A stretch of DNA of 64,000 bases from Octopus bimaculoides (lineage: Eukaryota), in assembly GCF_001194135.2 (NCBI RefSeq), contig NC_068986.1, forward strand, positions 77,221,637-77,285,636, read 5' to 3'. The notes under the pieces were generated by a model that was not told the DNA's origin, made no database searches, and saw nothing but the letters and a program-made list of their open reading frames with translations. Shown one piece after another: positions 12,141-25,039 of the stretch. Position numbers and translations under genes: made by a program. The first letter of the stretch is position 1. Each line of letters opens with the position of its first letter.

Positions 12141-12677
12141 ACCCATCTGGCAATTCCCAGTCCCCTTCTCCAAATATTAATAAAATTTATTGCTACCTCT
12201 TTTTCATTTATAAGTAGACAAAATAGATTTTATTTAATCCTTCTTCCTTCATTTGGTGTTATACAAGCTCTGAAATTTTATGGTGATATTAATTTTATTA
12301 AATACTGCAATTTGTCCTTTCTTTGTATCAAGCTGCATACACTCTCTTTCAAGTAACATTGGTAGTATTGCCATGTGAGAACATCAGAGATTGTGAGGCC
12401 TAGTACTTATAAAAATTTTGAGAATTTTAATTGTTTTTTTTTTACATGCATGTAGATGAGAGCATGTTAGAAAATGTTTCCTTGCTTTGAATGAAAAATA
12501 TCCTGTCTCTCTCTCTCTCTTTTCTTTCCTCCCTCCCCTTCTCTACATTTTGTTTTCATTCCATTTCTCTATTCTCATCCATTTTCTCTCTTTTTATTTC
12601 CCAATCACCTCTCTATCCTGTTCTTCATCTTTTGTTCCTGTTAATTATTTTTAATATTTGAAAATGTCTTTTTACAG

Positions 12678-12772
12678 GTTGCTGATGACCGAATGGCCCT
12701 TGTGGCCAATTCCCAAATGGATTTGGAGTTGGGTCTCAACAGCACTAAGGCAGCACGACTGCCTCCAGTATG
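12678..12772 (+). CDS. STX16: Syntaxin-16 exon 2
   Basis: TTTTTACAG| VADDRMALVANSQMDLELGLNSTKAARLPPV(W) |GTAAAC; 95 nt, phase 0 to 2; ADDRMALV is the STX16 signature. Confidence 0.95.
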
Positions 12773-12849
12773 GTAAACATATCTATCTTTTTGTGTGTGT
12801 GTCTGTGGCTATTATTAGGTCAATCAAAGATACAGAAATCAGTAATATT

Positions 12850-13180
12850 GCTATTACTGCTCAAAATCTGCCAGTGTGAATATTTGTCTTTCATCCTTCC
12901 AGGGCCAATAAAATTTAGTAGTAATCAAATATTGGCTCACTGTATACTCTTCCTCGCAAATTTGTCACATTGTGTCTGTTATAAATCATTATTATATAGA
13001 GAATTGATAGAGTGCTGGACCTTGTGGTATAATAGTTAAAGCTCTTTACTTTCTGAGTTCAAATCTTATTGACATCAGTAATGCCTTTTGTCCTTCCAGG
13101 GTCAATAAAATAAACTATTAGTCAAGAATTGAGGTCAGTATAATTTCACAGTTTTGAGAACTTTTGCCTATGTTAGATAA
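12850..13180 (+). mobile_element. SINE copies, + orientation
   Basis: CTTTCATCCTTCCAGGGCCAATAAAA and GAGTTCAAATC..CCTTCCAGGGTCAATAAAATAA cores. Confidence 0.6.
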
Positions 13181-13199
13181 CATTATTACAAGAGTAATG

Positions 13200-14580
13200 A
13201 ATGGCAGAAAATGTAGAGCTGGAGCAAATATCCAACAAAAGATTCTGCCAATCTTTCCCCTAAATAATGATAATAGTAATAGTTTCTGATTTAGGCATAA
13301 GACCAGTAACTTTAAGGAGAGGAGATTAGTTGATACCATTGACCTGAGTACTTGACTGATACTCAATTTTATTGACCCTCAAAAGATGAGAAGCAAAGCA
13401 GAATTTGAACTTTTAATGTAAAGAACTGGAACAAATACTGAAAGGCATATTTTCCAATGCTCTAATGATTCTATCAGCTCTAATAATAAGTTTTTCTGAT
13501 TTTCGCATAAGGCCAGCAATTTTGAGGGGAGTGGAGTCAGTTGGTTACCCCCTCTCCCCCAATTTTCAACTGGTACTTATTTTTATCAGCCCTGAAAGGA
13601 TGAAAGGCAAAGTCGACCCCACAAGACAAAAGGTCTGAAATTTGAGGGAGTGGATTATTCAATACTGTCAATCTAGTATTTGACTTGTACAAACACAAAA
13701 GGATTAAAGGAAAGGGATCTTTTGTAAAACGGGGGCCACATTTTTCATTAATGAAACACTTTGAAACTTGGAACACTGGTAGAATGTGTCATATAAAATA
13801 TCTTTTTCTCTTAGTCTTCTTAAAAAAAAAAGAAATCCATAAGTTATTCCATGTTAAAGTTGTCATATTTCTGTAATTTCAACCAATCACTGACGTCCAT
13901 TCAGCCGATATACATTAAGTGCCGACTACATAAACAAACGATTCTGAAACAATTAACCCTAACCCTAGGGTTAAGGTTAGGGTTAAAGCAAATTTAAAAT
14001 GAAAAAAGCAAATAAAACGAAAGTATGGAGATTAAATACGCTTTACACCGCTTAATCAGCCAAAGGAGTAAATGTAAACAACTGAATACTTGTCAGTGTT
14101 TGTTTGAAATTATCGAAATAAGACAATTTTTTACATGAAATAAATTCGAATCCAAAAATATTTTTCTGTTCTATAACACAAAATAGATAAGTATACGAAG
14201 TTTGAAAGTCTTTCCGTACCAAAAACACTACGTAAAACATTAATGAAAAATGTGGCCCCCGTTTTAAAATAGATCCAAGGAAAGTTCACTTCAGTGGAAT
14301 TTGGACTCGGAAGATATCAGCTAAGATAAATACCATAAGATTGCCCAACATTCTAACAATTCTGCCAATCCACCCATCCCATTTAATATCAAACATAGAC
14401 ACAAGGCCAGAAATTTGTTGGTGGGAGAGTTGGTTTAACCAACCCAGTTACATGTTTGGTACTTTATCAATCCTGAAATGAAAGGCAGTGTTTGCTTCAG
14501 ATGGATTTGAACTCTGTGCATAATAAATACTGCAAGGTATTCGATACTGTACCGTTGCTATTCTGTCAATTCATTGCCTT
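13200..14580 (-). mobile_element. Array of about five SINE copies, - orientation (one split by a MITE)
   Basis: Repeated GGCCAGCAATTTTG..TGGTACTTATTTT..GAAAGGATGAAAGGCAAAGTCGACC..GAATTTGAACT units separated by TAA-rich linkers. Confidence 0.7.
13715..14276. mobile_element. 562-bp MITE with ~39-bp TIRs and perfect 8-bp TSD (Merlin-like)
   Basis: TIRs GGATCTTTTGTAAAACGGGGGCCACATTTTTCATTAATG and its near-perfect reverse complement ending at 14276; TSD AAGGAAAG at 13707-13714 and 14277-14284. GG-start TIR plus 8-bp TSD fits Merlin (recalled). Confidence 0.75.
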
Positions 14581-14587
14581 AATAATA

Positions 14588-14925
14588 GGGTAAAGGCCCC
14601 CTTCAGTCATGAAGGACCATGAGATGCACCTAGAAAATTCCCCTCCGAGGCACAAGTCTGGGCAAGGTTATTTATAGAAGACTAGCAGTCACCCATGCAT
14701 ACTAGCCTCCCCTCTCCACACCACCGATGTTATCCAAGGGAAAAGCAAAAGCCAATACAGCTTGGTACCAGTGATGTCACAATTCATTTCTACAGCTGAG
14801 TGAATTGGAACAACGCAAAATAAAGTGTCTTGCTCAAGAACACAACATAGAGCCCAGTCTGAGAATCAAACTCACTACATCATGATTGTAAGCTTGACAC
14901 TCTAACCACTGAGCCATGCACCTTA
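14588..14925 (-). mobile_element. tRNA-headed CORE-type SINE
   Basis: Minus strand has A-box-like GGCTCAGTGGTTAGAG, B-box-like GAGTTTGATTC and CORE-like TGTGTTCTTGAGCAAGACACTTTA..CACTCAGCTGTAGAAATG. Confidence 0.7.
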
Positions 14926-15479
14926 ATCATCTTTTCAAAGACTTAACTCATTGTTTAGTTTAACATCACTGCCTGAGTACTTTTAGTCCACTCTGTCTGT
15001 TGAAAACATTTAACCAAGTCTCTATAATGAAGATGACTAGATAGCTTGATGTGATGATGCCTGCTTCCTACTGCAGCAACCTGTTTGTTGTGGTTTCTTT
15101 CCTTTCTGGCCTAATCTCTTGGCCAATTTAACACCACCACTTGCCTTTGTTGAGTACTTATAGCAGATTTAATCAAGTTGCAACAATTCAGAGCAACTCT
15201 CTTTTCTGAGGATGACACAAAGATCTTAGACTGTGGCTAGAGAATAGCCACTTGACTGATTGGCATAAGATCACTCACAGCCATACTCTACCCATTGGCA
15301 TGCTGTCCCTACTTATTCTATTGCTACTATAATCGTCTCTGTAAATAATCATAGGTTTTTGGACTAAACTGTTAAAAGAAAGTTTGTATATATGTATCAG
15401 ACCAGTATTGTGGTTGGTTTCCCAAATGTGTAACTTTAGAATGTTATTATTAGGAAAGGATATCAGAAAAAGTAGAATA

Positions 15480-15994
15480 TTAAACAACATAATGCCCTAC
15501 AGTATTTAATTTGTGTTTGATATTCAAATCTTAGCAAGGTCATACTTGTTTCTCATCTTTCCAAGGTCAATAAAATAAGTGCCACTTATATATGGAGTCA
15601 ATTTAATCAACTGTTCTCTCTTGCAGAATGTGTGGTCTTACACCTATATTATGATTATTATTTCCCATGCTATGTTATAACTTATTATTTTCCGCTCTGG
15701 GTGATAGAATTGGTAGAGTGATGACAGAACTGCCTTGCAATATTTATATGCTACAATGATGATGATGATGGTGATTTACATTCTGAGTTAAAGTTGCACT
15801 GGATTTGACTTTACATTTCCTTCTACTCAGATTGACTAAATAAGCACCAGTCAATTACTGGGGGCATGAGCTGATTAAATTGACTGCTCTGTCTTCACAA
15901 ATGTGTGGCTGTTTGGCTATATAAGAAGTCATTATATATTTTTCATACAATTAAATCAGTGTTTTAGCACAGATATATGAAAGACATATCTCAG

Positions 15995-16038
<44 letters not shown>

Positions 16039-16650
16039 CATTACTAGGGCAGCTAGCTGTCAGAATTGTTAGCATGCCAAGTGAAATGCATAGTGGTATT
16101 TCGTTCATCTTCATGTTGTGAGTTCAAATTCCACTGAGATCAACTTTGCCTTTCATCCTTTCAGGGTCAATAAATTAAGTACCAACGAAACACTGGAGTT
16201 GATGTAATTGACTAATCCCTTCCCCCAAAATTTCAGGCTTTGTGTCATTAGTAGAAAGGATTGTTATTATTAATAGTAATAATAACAATGAAAATAGGTT
16301 GGTAAACTGGAAGAATCATTAGCATGCCTGACAAAATGCTTAGCAGCATTTCTTCCAGCTTTATGTTCTGAGTTCAAATTCCACCAAGGTTGACTTTGCC
16401 TTTCATCCTTTCACAGTCAATAAAATAAGTACCAGTTGACACTGGGTTTGATATTATTGATTATCCCCCTTTCCACAAAATTTTAGGTTTTGTACCTATA
16501 GTAGAAAGAATTATTATTAAGGCAATAAGTTGGCAGAATTGTTAGCACATTAGACAAAATGTTTTGTGACATTTTTTCTGGCTCTTTATGTTCTGAGTTC
16601 AAATTTCACTGTGGTCAACTTTACCTTTCATCCTTTTAAGGTTGATGAAA
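15480..16650 (+). mobile_element. Array of five SINE copies, + orientation, with (TAT)n spacers
   Basis: Heads GGCAG..TGGCAGAATTGTTAGCA and cores TTCTGAGTTCAAATTCCAC.GAGGTCAACTTTGCCTTTCATCCTTT at ~15480, 15700, 16045, 16300 and 16515; (ATT)n at ~15995-16040. Confidence 0.75.
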
Positions 16651-16679
16651 TGTGACACAGTACACATCTCAGACATGAC

Positions 16680-18180
16680 CAACTGACAGCACATCTATGC
16701 TTGTAGAGTTTATCTCAAATCATTAATGCCCCTAGTAGCACTGCCAGTTGAGGGATTTCTGATAGTTATCTATAATTTTTGGGTTCAAAGTTCTCTGCAA
16801 CAGACCAACCAGTTGTTTCTCAACAATGCTCAGTTTTCCCAAGAATCTCATTGTCTTTCCAATAGTTCCATACAGCAAGCTAACATAGAAGTTCCACTAG
16901 CTACATTCCCCAATTGGCTGAGAGCTGGAGCAATTGGTGACGTTTCAGATGTCAGATCTTGGTCTTCATTTGACCCATGACTTCAGCCCTGTCAAAGAGA
17001 CAAGCTGAGGGAAAACAGACCTTACAAAAGATGACCACATCTGTTCATTGTCCAGCGCACTCTGCTAGTGCTGTAGCATCGGCACATGTCTGTATTAGCC
17101 ATGACATTAGATGTTGGCATTAGATGGACTGCTTGGCCAGTGAAAGACATCCCTTCCACAAGATGTAAAAGAAAAGATGCCCCACTCTGGTCATATGAAA
17201 ACTGAGTCAAAGAATGATGATCAGGTGGCAATATATGACAGAGATGATGTATACACTCATGACCTTTACCCTACTTTTCAGGGATAGTTTCTTCTTAGCC
17301 CATTTCTGGGAAGACTAGCCACACTATTCATAACCTAGTCCCATTTTCTATCCCACTAGATGTCAGAACTACACCAAACTTCTCGCAACTTTACCAGTTC
17401 ATTGGGCCAACACTCTTTGACACTGGCAACAGCATGGGCTTGCCTCTCCTGATGCCAAGCTGCAAGCCCACTGACATTTCAATAAGTTTTTGCTCCTGTC
17501 ACTGTATCAACCTCCAAGATGTCTGATACTGTAGCATCATCTACATATCCTGACACTGCTCTTCTGTATTCCAGTCTAAATTAAATACTCCTCAACTCCT
17601 ACAATTTCTGCAACAGTTACTCCTGAGTTTGTGCATACAAAAGAGATGTGGGAAGACATTTTTGATGGACCGGGCATATGGTTTGAAACAGTTCTGATTG
17701 GTGACCATATAATCTGACCAAGCAGAATGCCACTGAAAATGAAACTTAGGGGGCAGTTACCATGTAGTGACACTTGACCCCTATCAAAAGCTTTTGATGA
17801 ATCCAAACTGCTCTAAGCCTACCACAGCCAAGTTGGTTATCCATTCCCTTTATGATGTATTGCATGGTTATGGTTGCCATGGGTAGATCACACAATCGCA
17901 CAAGTTTGCACTTTCTGACCATACAACTAATGACCAACACCAACTTCTTTCTTAGCACCTTGGTCAAAATCTTAAACTCTGCATTCAACAGAAATTGTGA
18001 GTCAAAAATATTAATGTTCCCCTCAGTTGCATGTTTCTTCAGCAACACTGCCACTTACTGTTCTGCTGCTAGCTGCCAGACATCTTCTGAAAGCTCTTGG
18101 ACAAGTCTGGCATATTAATGTAAAGTTCTTTCCGAATCTGTCTTTTCAGCTGTGTCTTGGGAGATGAGCTCCTCAAAGTC
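16680..18180 (-). mobile_element. Tx1/L1-clade LINE ORF2 fragment
   Basis: LLNAEFKILTKVLRKKLVLV (RT domain 1), DSSKAFDR (domain 3), LFFYILWKGCLSLAKQSI further 3'; many stops and frameshifts. Confidence 0.75.
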
Positions 18181-18444
18181 ACTTCCTTTGTATTTTTTTT
18201 TTGTGCCCTTTCTTCTATGACCCTCATCAACTCACTGTTGTTTCTATTTTCAGCAGTGTTATTTATTTATTTATTTTGTATTTTGTAATGTTACTGTTGT
18301 TTTTGTTGCTTTTTTTATGTTTTTACTGTGGTTGTTTTGTTTGTGTTTTAATTTTTATTGTTGGTGTTATTGCCAGTTTGGCTGCGACTGTTGTTATCAT
18401 TGGTAGTGGTGTAGCTTAAATATTCTATCGCAGACTCTTACTAC

Positions 18445-18830
18445 CTCGATTACCTTATCAACCCATTTCTCCGCAAGAAATATACTCCCCGACCCCATCA
18501 GTGTTCCCAGCCCAGAAAATCTTGTACCTATGTTCTTGGCCTATGAGGAACCTTGCGAAACCTCCTCTCCACCTTACTTCTTGGATGCAGCACAGATCTA
18601 CATATCTCTGTTCAAGCATCTCAACAATCTCACCAGACCTACTTTTCAGTGTGCCCACATTGAGTGTGCCAACCCTGATGGTGTGGGAGGTGTGGGCCTG
18701 TGTGACCCTGGGATGGGGGACAGCAGCATCATGTACCTGAAAAAAAAAGCTCACATTTGGCAGAATTCATATACAAACAATAGCCTTCAACCTGCATACA
18801 CTGCATCATCATTTTTATGCTCTACATGAT
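18445..18830 (-). mobile_element. RTE LINE 5' / AP-endonuclease fragment
   Basis: RVGTLNVGTLKSRSGEIVEMLEQRYVDLCCIQEVRWRGG (APE motifs N and QE). Confidence 0.85.
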
Positions 18831-19578
18831 CACTACCCTACGTAGGAGATAAACCCTAAGTAGGGGTGGGGATGATGTTAAGCCTTTAGAAGTGTTCATG
18901 GGAGACAATCAAAAGATGTGTATACGTGCATATATATAAAGATTCTGGTGAGGTACCAGTGTTATCTGCACAGCTCAAAGTTAGGTGAAGAAAACTAATA
19001 ATTAACAAGTATGTCCAGGTATTAGTGCAATAGTCATTTCAGGCAGCTCCATTTAATCTATGAATGTAAGCATTACATCAATTTGTAAAACACCACCTTC
19101 CTCAGATGCATAAGACCATGTAGTTTTTTTAACGTACAGGACACTCCATTGTAAGTTCTTTGTTCTTAGCAAATTTTTAGAACTAGGGAATAAAGGAATT
19201 ACATGCTTGTTGCTATTATTGTAGCAGAATGAACTTTGGGAGAAAATATCACAACTATAATTTGTAGTGGCAGAAGAGCATAACGAAGGGGTTCAAGGGA
19301 TGATAATATAGCTACATATATCTTTCTCCTTATCACAACCAACAGTTCTAATGCAGCTAGTATTCTACATCCACTTAGAATTACAACCACTGGGAATTGA
19401 CAGTTAAGTTCTAGCTGCTGGTGATAAATTATTTTATGTCAGGTACAGTTCCCTACCCATTTTTTTACTGTGACTATAAATTTGCTATGACTACATAAAA
19501 GAACATGTCTCAGAAAATGTCAAAGATAATGGTATGTGTCCAGAAAAAGGTGGGGTAGGGGTGACAAACTATTTTATA

Positions 19579-20508
19579 ACTAGCTGACGTACACCACGTA
19601 CACCACGGTAATTCCCGGGAAAGTGGGGCTTATCCCTTGGTTCCGTTCTCATAATTGTTTCGCTAATCCAATAATAACAATACAAAGTATGTAGCCTTTA
19701 AAACGGGTTTTGTGCATTTACAGAGAATACCGAACTGTCTTACACAGGATCTTGTTTTTAGGAAATCCCAATAAGCTAGAAATACCCAAATTGTGAAGTC
19801 AGTTATGTAATAACATAGAATTAGTTACCCGATAGTAAGAATTCAAATAAAGTAGCCCCGAAAAGGGTTTTAATGCATTCCCAGAGTATATAGAACATAA
19901 GAGGAAATATTTAGAAGGTATGTATACTAAAATTGTGAAGCATGTTATGTAATAACAGGCTAATCAGATGTAAGATAATAACAATTCAAAGTAAATAACT
20001 CTGAAAAGGGCTTTTGTGCGTTCCCAGAGAATATTATCCTCAGGGACACTAGTGTTGGTATATTCGTGAATAAGTCACTAACTGAAATAAGTGGATCTAT
20101 TGTTTAGGAAAATACTATTTACCTGTTCAAGGGTTGTACTGGATAAATTGCAAAAATAACTAACAGTTCAAATACTAAGAAATAAGCATACTCAATTTCA
20201 TTTTTACCAAATAATTTAGGAAACTAAATGGGTTATTTCCCTTGGCTATATATAAGGATCCCTTCCAGGGCGAATGGGTTATTTCCCTTGGGTTTTAAAA
20301 TAAAATATATTAGATATATATAAGGATCCCTTCCAGGGAGGCTATTATCGATTTTTTTTCAACAATCTGAGTATGCCATGAGGTTTCCAGACATGAGTTT
20401 TGCTCATGTGTCAAGTTGCATCAAAATCGATAAACTGATGTAGGAGGAATTAGCTAACAACTCCACAAACACACCTACAGACAGAATTTCCCACATATGT
20501 TGTAGATT
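19579..20508 (+). mobile_element. Non-autonomous Helitron/Helentron-like element with internal direct repeats
   Basis: Starts ACTAGCTGACGTACACC..CCCGGG; ends TGTCAAGTTGCATCAAAATCGAT..ACAAACAC..ACAGACAGAATTT..TGTAGATT, resembling DINE/HINE-type ends. Three ~150-bp-spaced repeats (~19684, 19846, 19988) and a duplicated unit at 20226-20340. Confidence 0.5.
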
Positions 20509-21649
20509 ATCAGTTTAAAGGGGCCTTAAATAGAAAACAAAAGATGTCACAATGAGATCTAAATGGGCATTAAGGGTACAGGGGAATCCAAATTTACCAA
20601 AATTTATATATTATTATATTTTGTATCATAAATGATAAAAATTTAAAAATTCAGAATGAGATTTAAGGACCAAGTAAGAGAAGAAGGATATATAAACCAA
20701 TTTCAGTTCTAAAAATGTAGACACTTTTATATAAAATAGAAACCTCATAATGCTCATGGAGGAAGATGAAGAGCTTCTGAAATGACTGAAATGCAATTTC
20801 TACCTGCAACCAGAAATTTGTGTATGTGTGTATTATGATTAACAGAAAACTACCCAGCAAATAGGTTCTCTAGTAGTTATTTTTAAAAAAATTCTAAAAT
20901 CAATGCTACTCTTATCTTTTCTGAAAGATGTACATATAGCAGTATTTCTGAAAATACAGATCTCCAATGCTTGTATTGAAAATCATAAATAGTTGGTCAT
21001 TAGATAATCAATAAGTCACTCAATCTTCTGCTATTTACTTTTTGCATGGTTTTGTGAATAGCAGTCTCTTCTGTAACAATCAAAGTATGTTTAGGTCTCA
21101 GCATCCAATAGATATCCACTCTTAGCTTAGATAGAATCAGAATATTTGCAATAAGGTTGCTTCATAGCTACTCCACTTGTTTCCTTTACAGTCTCTGTAA
21201 AGGCTTGCTCTTTAGTACTCAATGTTTTCTCCCCATTGAAGTGGAAATTAAAAGGCAGAATTAGTACTTCTCCATCTATTAGAATCAATTAAATGAAGTA
21301 GTGATATATACATAGTTATATGTTTAAAGACTTTCTCCTTTTGGTTTGGTTAAACTAAGATATATTTTTTTGTTTCTGCCACCCTTCTATCCAGTTTTTC
21401 CATTCAAAATACATTCAATCTGAATTTAAAATTCATTTAAACTCTGTTAGGTGTAACTTCCAAACAGCAGTAAGTGTTCTATATTTTGATAGGAGAGGAG
21501 GAAAAAGAGAACCATGACACAGATGAGAGCTGGTTGCAAATACTAGATAGCCCACTGCAAGCCATTAACCAATTTTGTGAATGTAGTAAGGGCCCAATCA
21601 GGCAGTAGGCAATATTGTGTTATAAGAACTATGTGCAAGGCATAGCAAA

Positions 21650-22395
21650 AGGAAAGGAGGAGAGCAATTAACTCCTGGGTCAAGTGTGAAGAGACACAAA
21701 ATTTTCTCCAGATTTTCATACCAGAAAATACTTTTACCCCTGTATCTGACAATCCTTGCTATGCTAGAGGCAAACTGACATTTCTGGAAGAAAGCTTGAC
21801 AAAGCACAATATGTCAGATATATTTAACTAGGATAGAAGCTAAGAGTAAGAGGTTTACTAAAGTTCTATGACATGAAATTGAGAAGCATGAACTGTTCCA
21901 AAATTCCAAAGCAGAGTTATCATATAAATCAGAATGTCAGTAGGGAAAAATGTATTTGCAATGAAGGTAGTAAACTTACTTTCAGTGATTGTGAAAATAG
22001 ATATGGAAAGTGCTACAATAAGAGGTTGTTGAATGAAGAGTTAAAGTGGAAATATAAAAGGGATTACAAAAGAATGTTGAATGTAGAGTAAGGCTACTCC
22101 GTATTGGACTAACAAACAGACCAGCTTCTGAGGCTAACTTCATTATAATTAGTAAGGCTTTAAGGATATGAAGATTTAGAAAACAGCAAGTTCAGGTTTA
22201 GTTGCTGAAATGTTAAAGCTATCAACTAATATTATAGTAGTTACTTTCTTAGTAAATCGAGTATTGTTGGAAGGTGCTATCATTGCTGACTGGCATAGCA
22301 TCAACAACATCAAAGATGAAAGAGGTGCACTAGGAGACAATTACAGAGGCCTCAAACTGATAAATCAGTTGTTGAAACTAATTGGTGAGTTTTAG
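21650..22395 (+). mobile_element. RTE LINE RT N-terminal fragment
   Basis: SGLVAEMLK..VTFLVNRVLLEGAIIADWHS..RGALGDNYRGLKLINQLLK. Confidence 0.7.
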
Positions 22396-22997
22396 TAAAT
22401 GCTAAAATGAAATAGTTTTGTATTAAGATAAAGAGTCAAAACTAGGATACATCTTTAAACTGCTGCCAAATATTTAACTGTTTTCTCTCTGTCACAAGTT
22501 TGACTAGTTACAGCTTACCTGGGAATTTCTTATGATTTCTTTGCTCTTCATGCTTTTAGCAATAAATAAACACTAATTTCCATCAGATCAAGAATGTTCA
22601 GGTAACATGAAGAATCATACCTTATATTTATATCAATACTTGTTTAGAGAAATTGTTTTGAGTAATTCTGTTGAAATTTCAGTCAAGTCAGATTCCATCT
22701 TTTCTGTTACATATAGAGCATTACATATTTTTACCTGGCCTCCTCTATTAATTTTTTGGAAATAGTTAAATACCACAGTTTCATATCTGTACTCCATGTT
22801 TTTTCTCAAAACGTTTCTTCAGAATAACCTTTTAACTTAAATTTACCATCTAATTTCTTACTGAAAATTATACAAATTAAATATTAATTGAACCAGTCTT
22901 ATCTAAATACATCTAATTATTTCTTTCTATCATACTAGATTATGGATGCTATCTCCCACTTCAAATTATCAATTATTTTAAATTTCTCATTCATCAG

Positions 22998-23050
22998 GGT
23001 TGATGGTGTTGAAGAAGTACAATATGAAATATCTCGGATTAAACAAAAAA
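22998..23050 (+). CDS. STX16: Syntaxin-16 exon 3
   Basis: TCATTCATCAG| (W)VDGVEEVQYEISRIKQK(M) |GTAAGT; 53 nt, phase 2 to 1. Not in the ORF track. Confidence 0.95.
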
Positions 23051-24773
23051 GTAAGTCCAAACATTGATGACATACGTTGTGATTAAAAAGAGAAGCTATA
23101 TTGTTTTAGAATCAGATGATGTGTTCACTTGTATAACTTGTCTCTCTTAAGTTTCTTCTTTGAATCAGTTCTACCAGCTACCTATACTACTTTTAGCTTC
23201 TGTGTTGTTATATTCATATCCATTTGTGTAATTTTTTTGCCATTAGTTTAAGTTATTGGTATTTTGCCCATGTGGAATTATCTTTATTATTTTTTTTATC
23301 ATTCATGTATTTTTATTAGGTAAAGTCTGTTGAAAGGTAATTTATTGACTTACAACACTACATTACAAATATTACATCAAAGTCAATAAATTATTGTATG
23401 TATGCTGTTGAATAATTTGCAAAAATAAATATTGTTTCTAACCTGAATAGTCCATTTAAGCTTCACTAATTTATTCAGTAGAATCTTGTACCTCAATAGC
23501 AATGTTTCTGTGCTTATTAAATGAAAGCTCTTTTTTTAACAAAGTTGTATATATAATCTTCATGTTTTTCATCATCCCTCTGGTAATTACACACCTCCCC
23601 AACATAGCCATAAAGAGCAGAAATTGCAATCACAATAAAATAAAATGCAGAATGAGAACACAGCATGATGGTAAATAGTCTGGAAGTTAAAGAGACTTTT
23701 TATACTTGCACCAGCAAGTCTCTTTTTAGCCACTTAGTCTGCTGATCATACATGTATATGGCCTTCTCATTAACAGCCTAAAAAGGACCTTGCATCTTGC
23801 TGTGCCTTATAGGCACAGTAAACATAGAAGATTTAGTTAACTCTGACATTCCCTGAGAGAATTTGTTTGTGACATATTTATAGCTTGAAATAAAAATTCA
23901 TACAAGAATCATCATCTTTGTGACATTCATCCCACTCTCACCTCTCTGACTACAGTACTATTGCTCAACTGCTGTAGTTATATGAGAGCTGAACTATACA
24001 TATGCCTTCTTTTTTGTGTTAGCAATAATTCCTCTTCTTGGAACTACCCCCTTGCCACCCATCCCACACTCTCAATGTCATCCCTTATCACTGTATATCC
24101 ATTGAACTCCTATTTCACCTGAATGCCCTCTCATCTTTACTATTGACACCCCTTTTTTTTGTAACTAACTATATCCACCCTTATGTACACTTCTGTCTCC
24201 CAACATTTCACCTCGTCCCACCTACCTACTCATCAGCCATCCTTGATTCTCTGCCCTATCTTTTCTTATTCTTTCTTTATCCACTTCTTGTACTTTGAGG
24301 GTACACTCTGATATCTCATCTCCACCATCCTTTCTCTCTTTCCTGCTGAGCTATCCACGTATCTCCTCTACAGCAAGACACCTGTTCCTGTCCCTCTTTT
24401 CTACACCTGGCACAATGCCACTTCCCTCAATACTGTACCCCCACTCTGTGTAGGGGTTGTGTCTTGCATGTTACTAGTGCTAGCCAGATCATGTGGAATC
24501 CAATCCATAGCAGCATGGAAGATGGACATTGGTGAACAGGAGGAGGAGGAAGACAATGACAACAACGTTGATCTCTGGCTTCCAGCAGAAATTTTAATTC
24601 ATGTAACTCTTTGGTTTCAAATATGCATCATAATTGAATCTAGAAATATTTCCAAAATTATTTATTTTACTTACTGTATCTTTAAGACTTCTTTTATTTG
24701 TTGACTGATATCTGTGGCTCAGAATGTTCTAAAGTAGAGATTTCACCTTCACCTTTTCTGTTTTCTATTGTAG

Positions 24774-24880
24774 TGAAGGAACTGACAGTTCTTCAGGTCA
24801 GACACTTGAACCTACCCACCATGGATGACAGTATTGATGAGGAGCATGTCATACAAATCCAAACGCAGGAAATCACCCAG
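24774..24880 (+). CDS. STX16: Syntaxin-16 exon 4
   Basis: TTCTATTGTAG| (M)[35 protein letters not shown] |GTCTGT; 107 nt, phase 1 to 0. Confidence 0.95.
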
Positions 24881-25039
24881 GTCTGTTTTTTGATTTTCCC
24901 AGTCTTCATGTTGCTATATTTACTTCTTATCTAACCTAATTGTTTATATGGTTGTTAATCATTTCCCTAACAGGGAATCATGTGTACACACTACATACAT
25001 GTAAACACATGCATACATACGCATACATGATCTTTTTGT

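Noticed and set aside
13955-13984. TTAGGG repeats as a chromosome-fusion or telomere relic
   Set aside because: Very short and inside a MITE with intact TIRs and TSD.
14880-14925. SINE heads with A/B boxes as tRNA genes (also at 16045 and 39452)
   Set aside because: No cloverleaf; they continue into SINE core and tail sequences.
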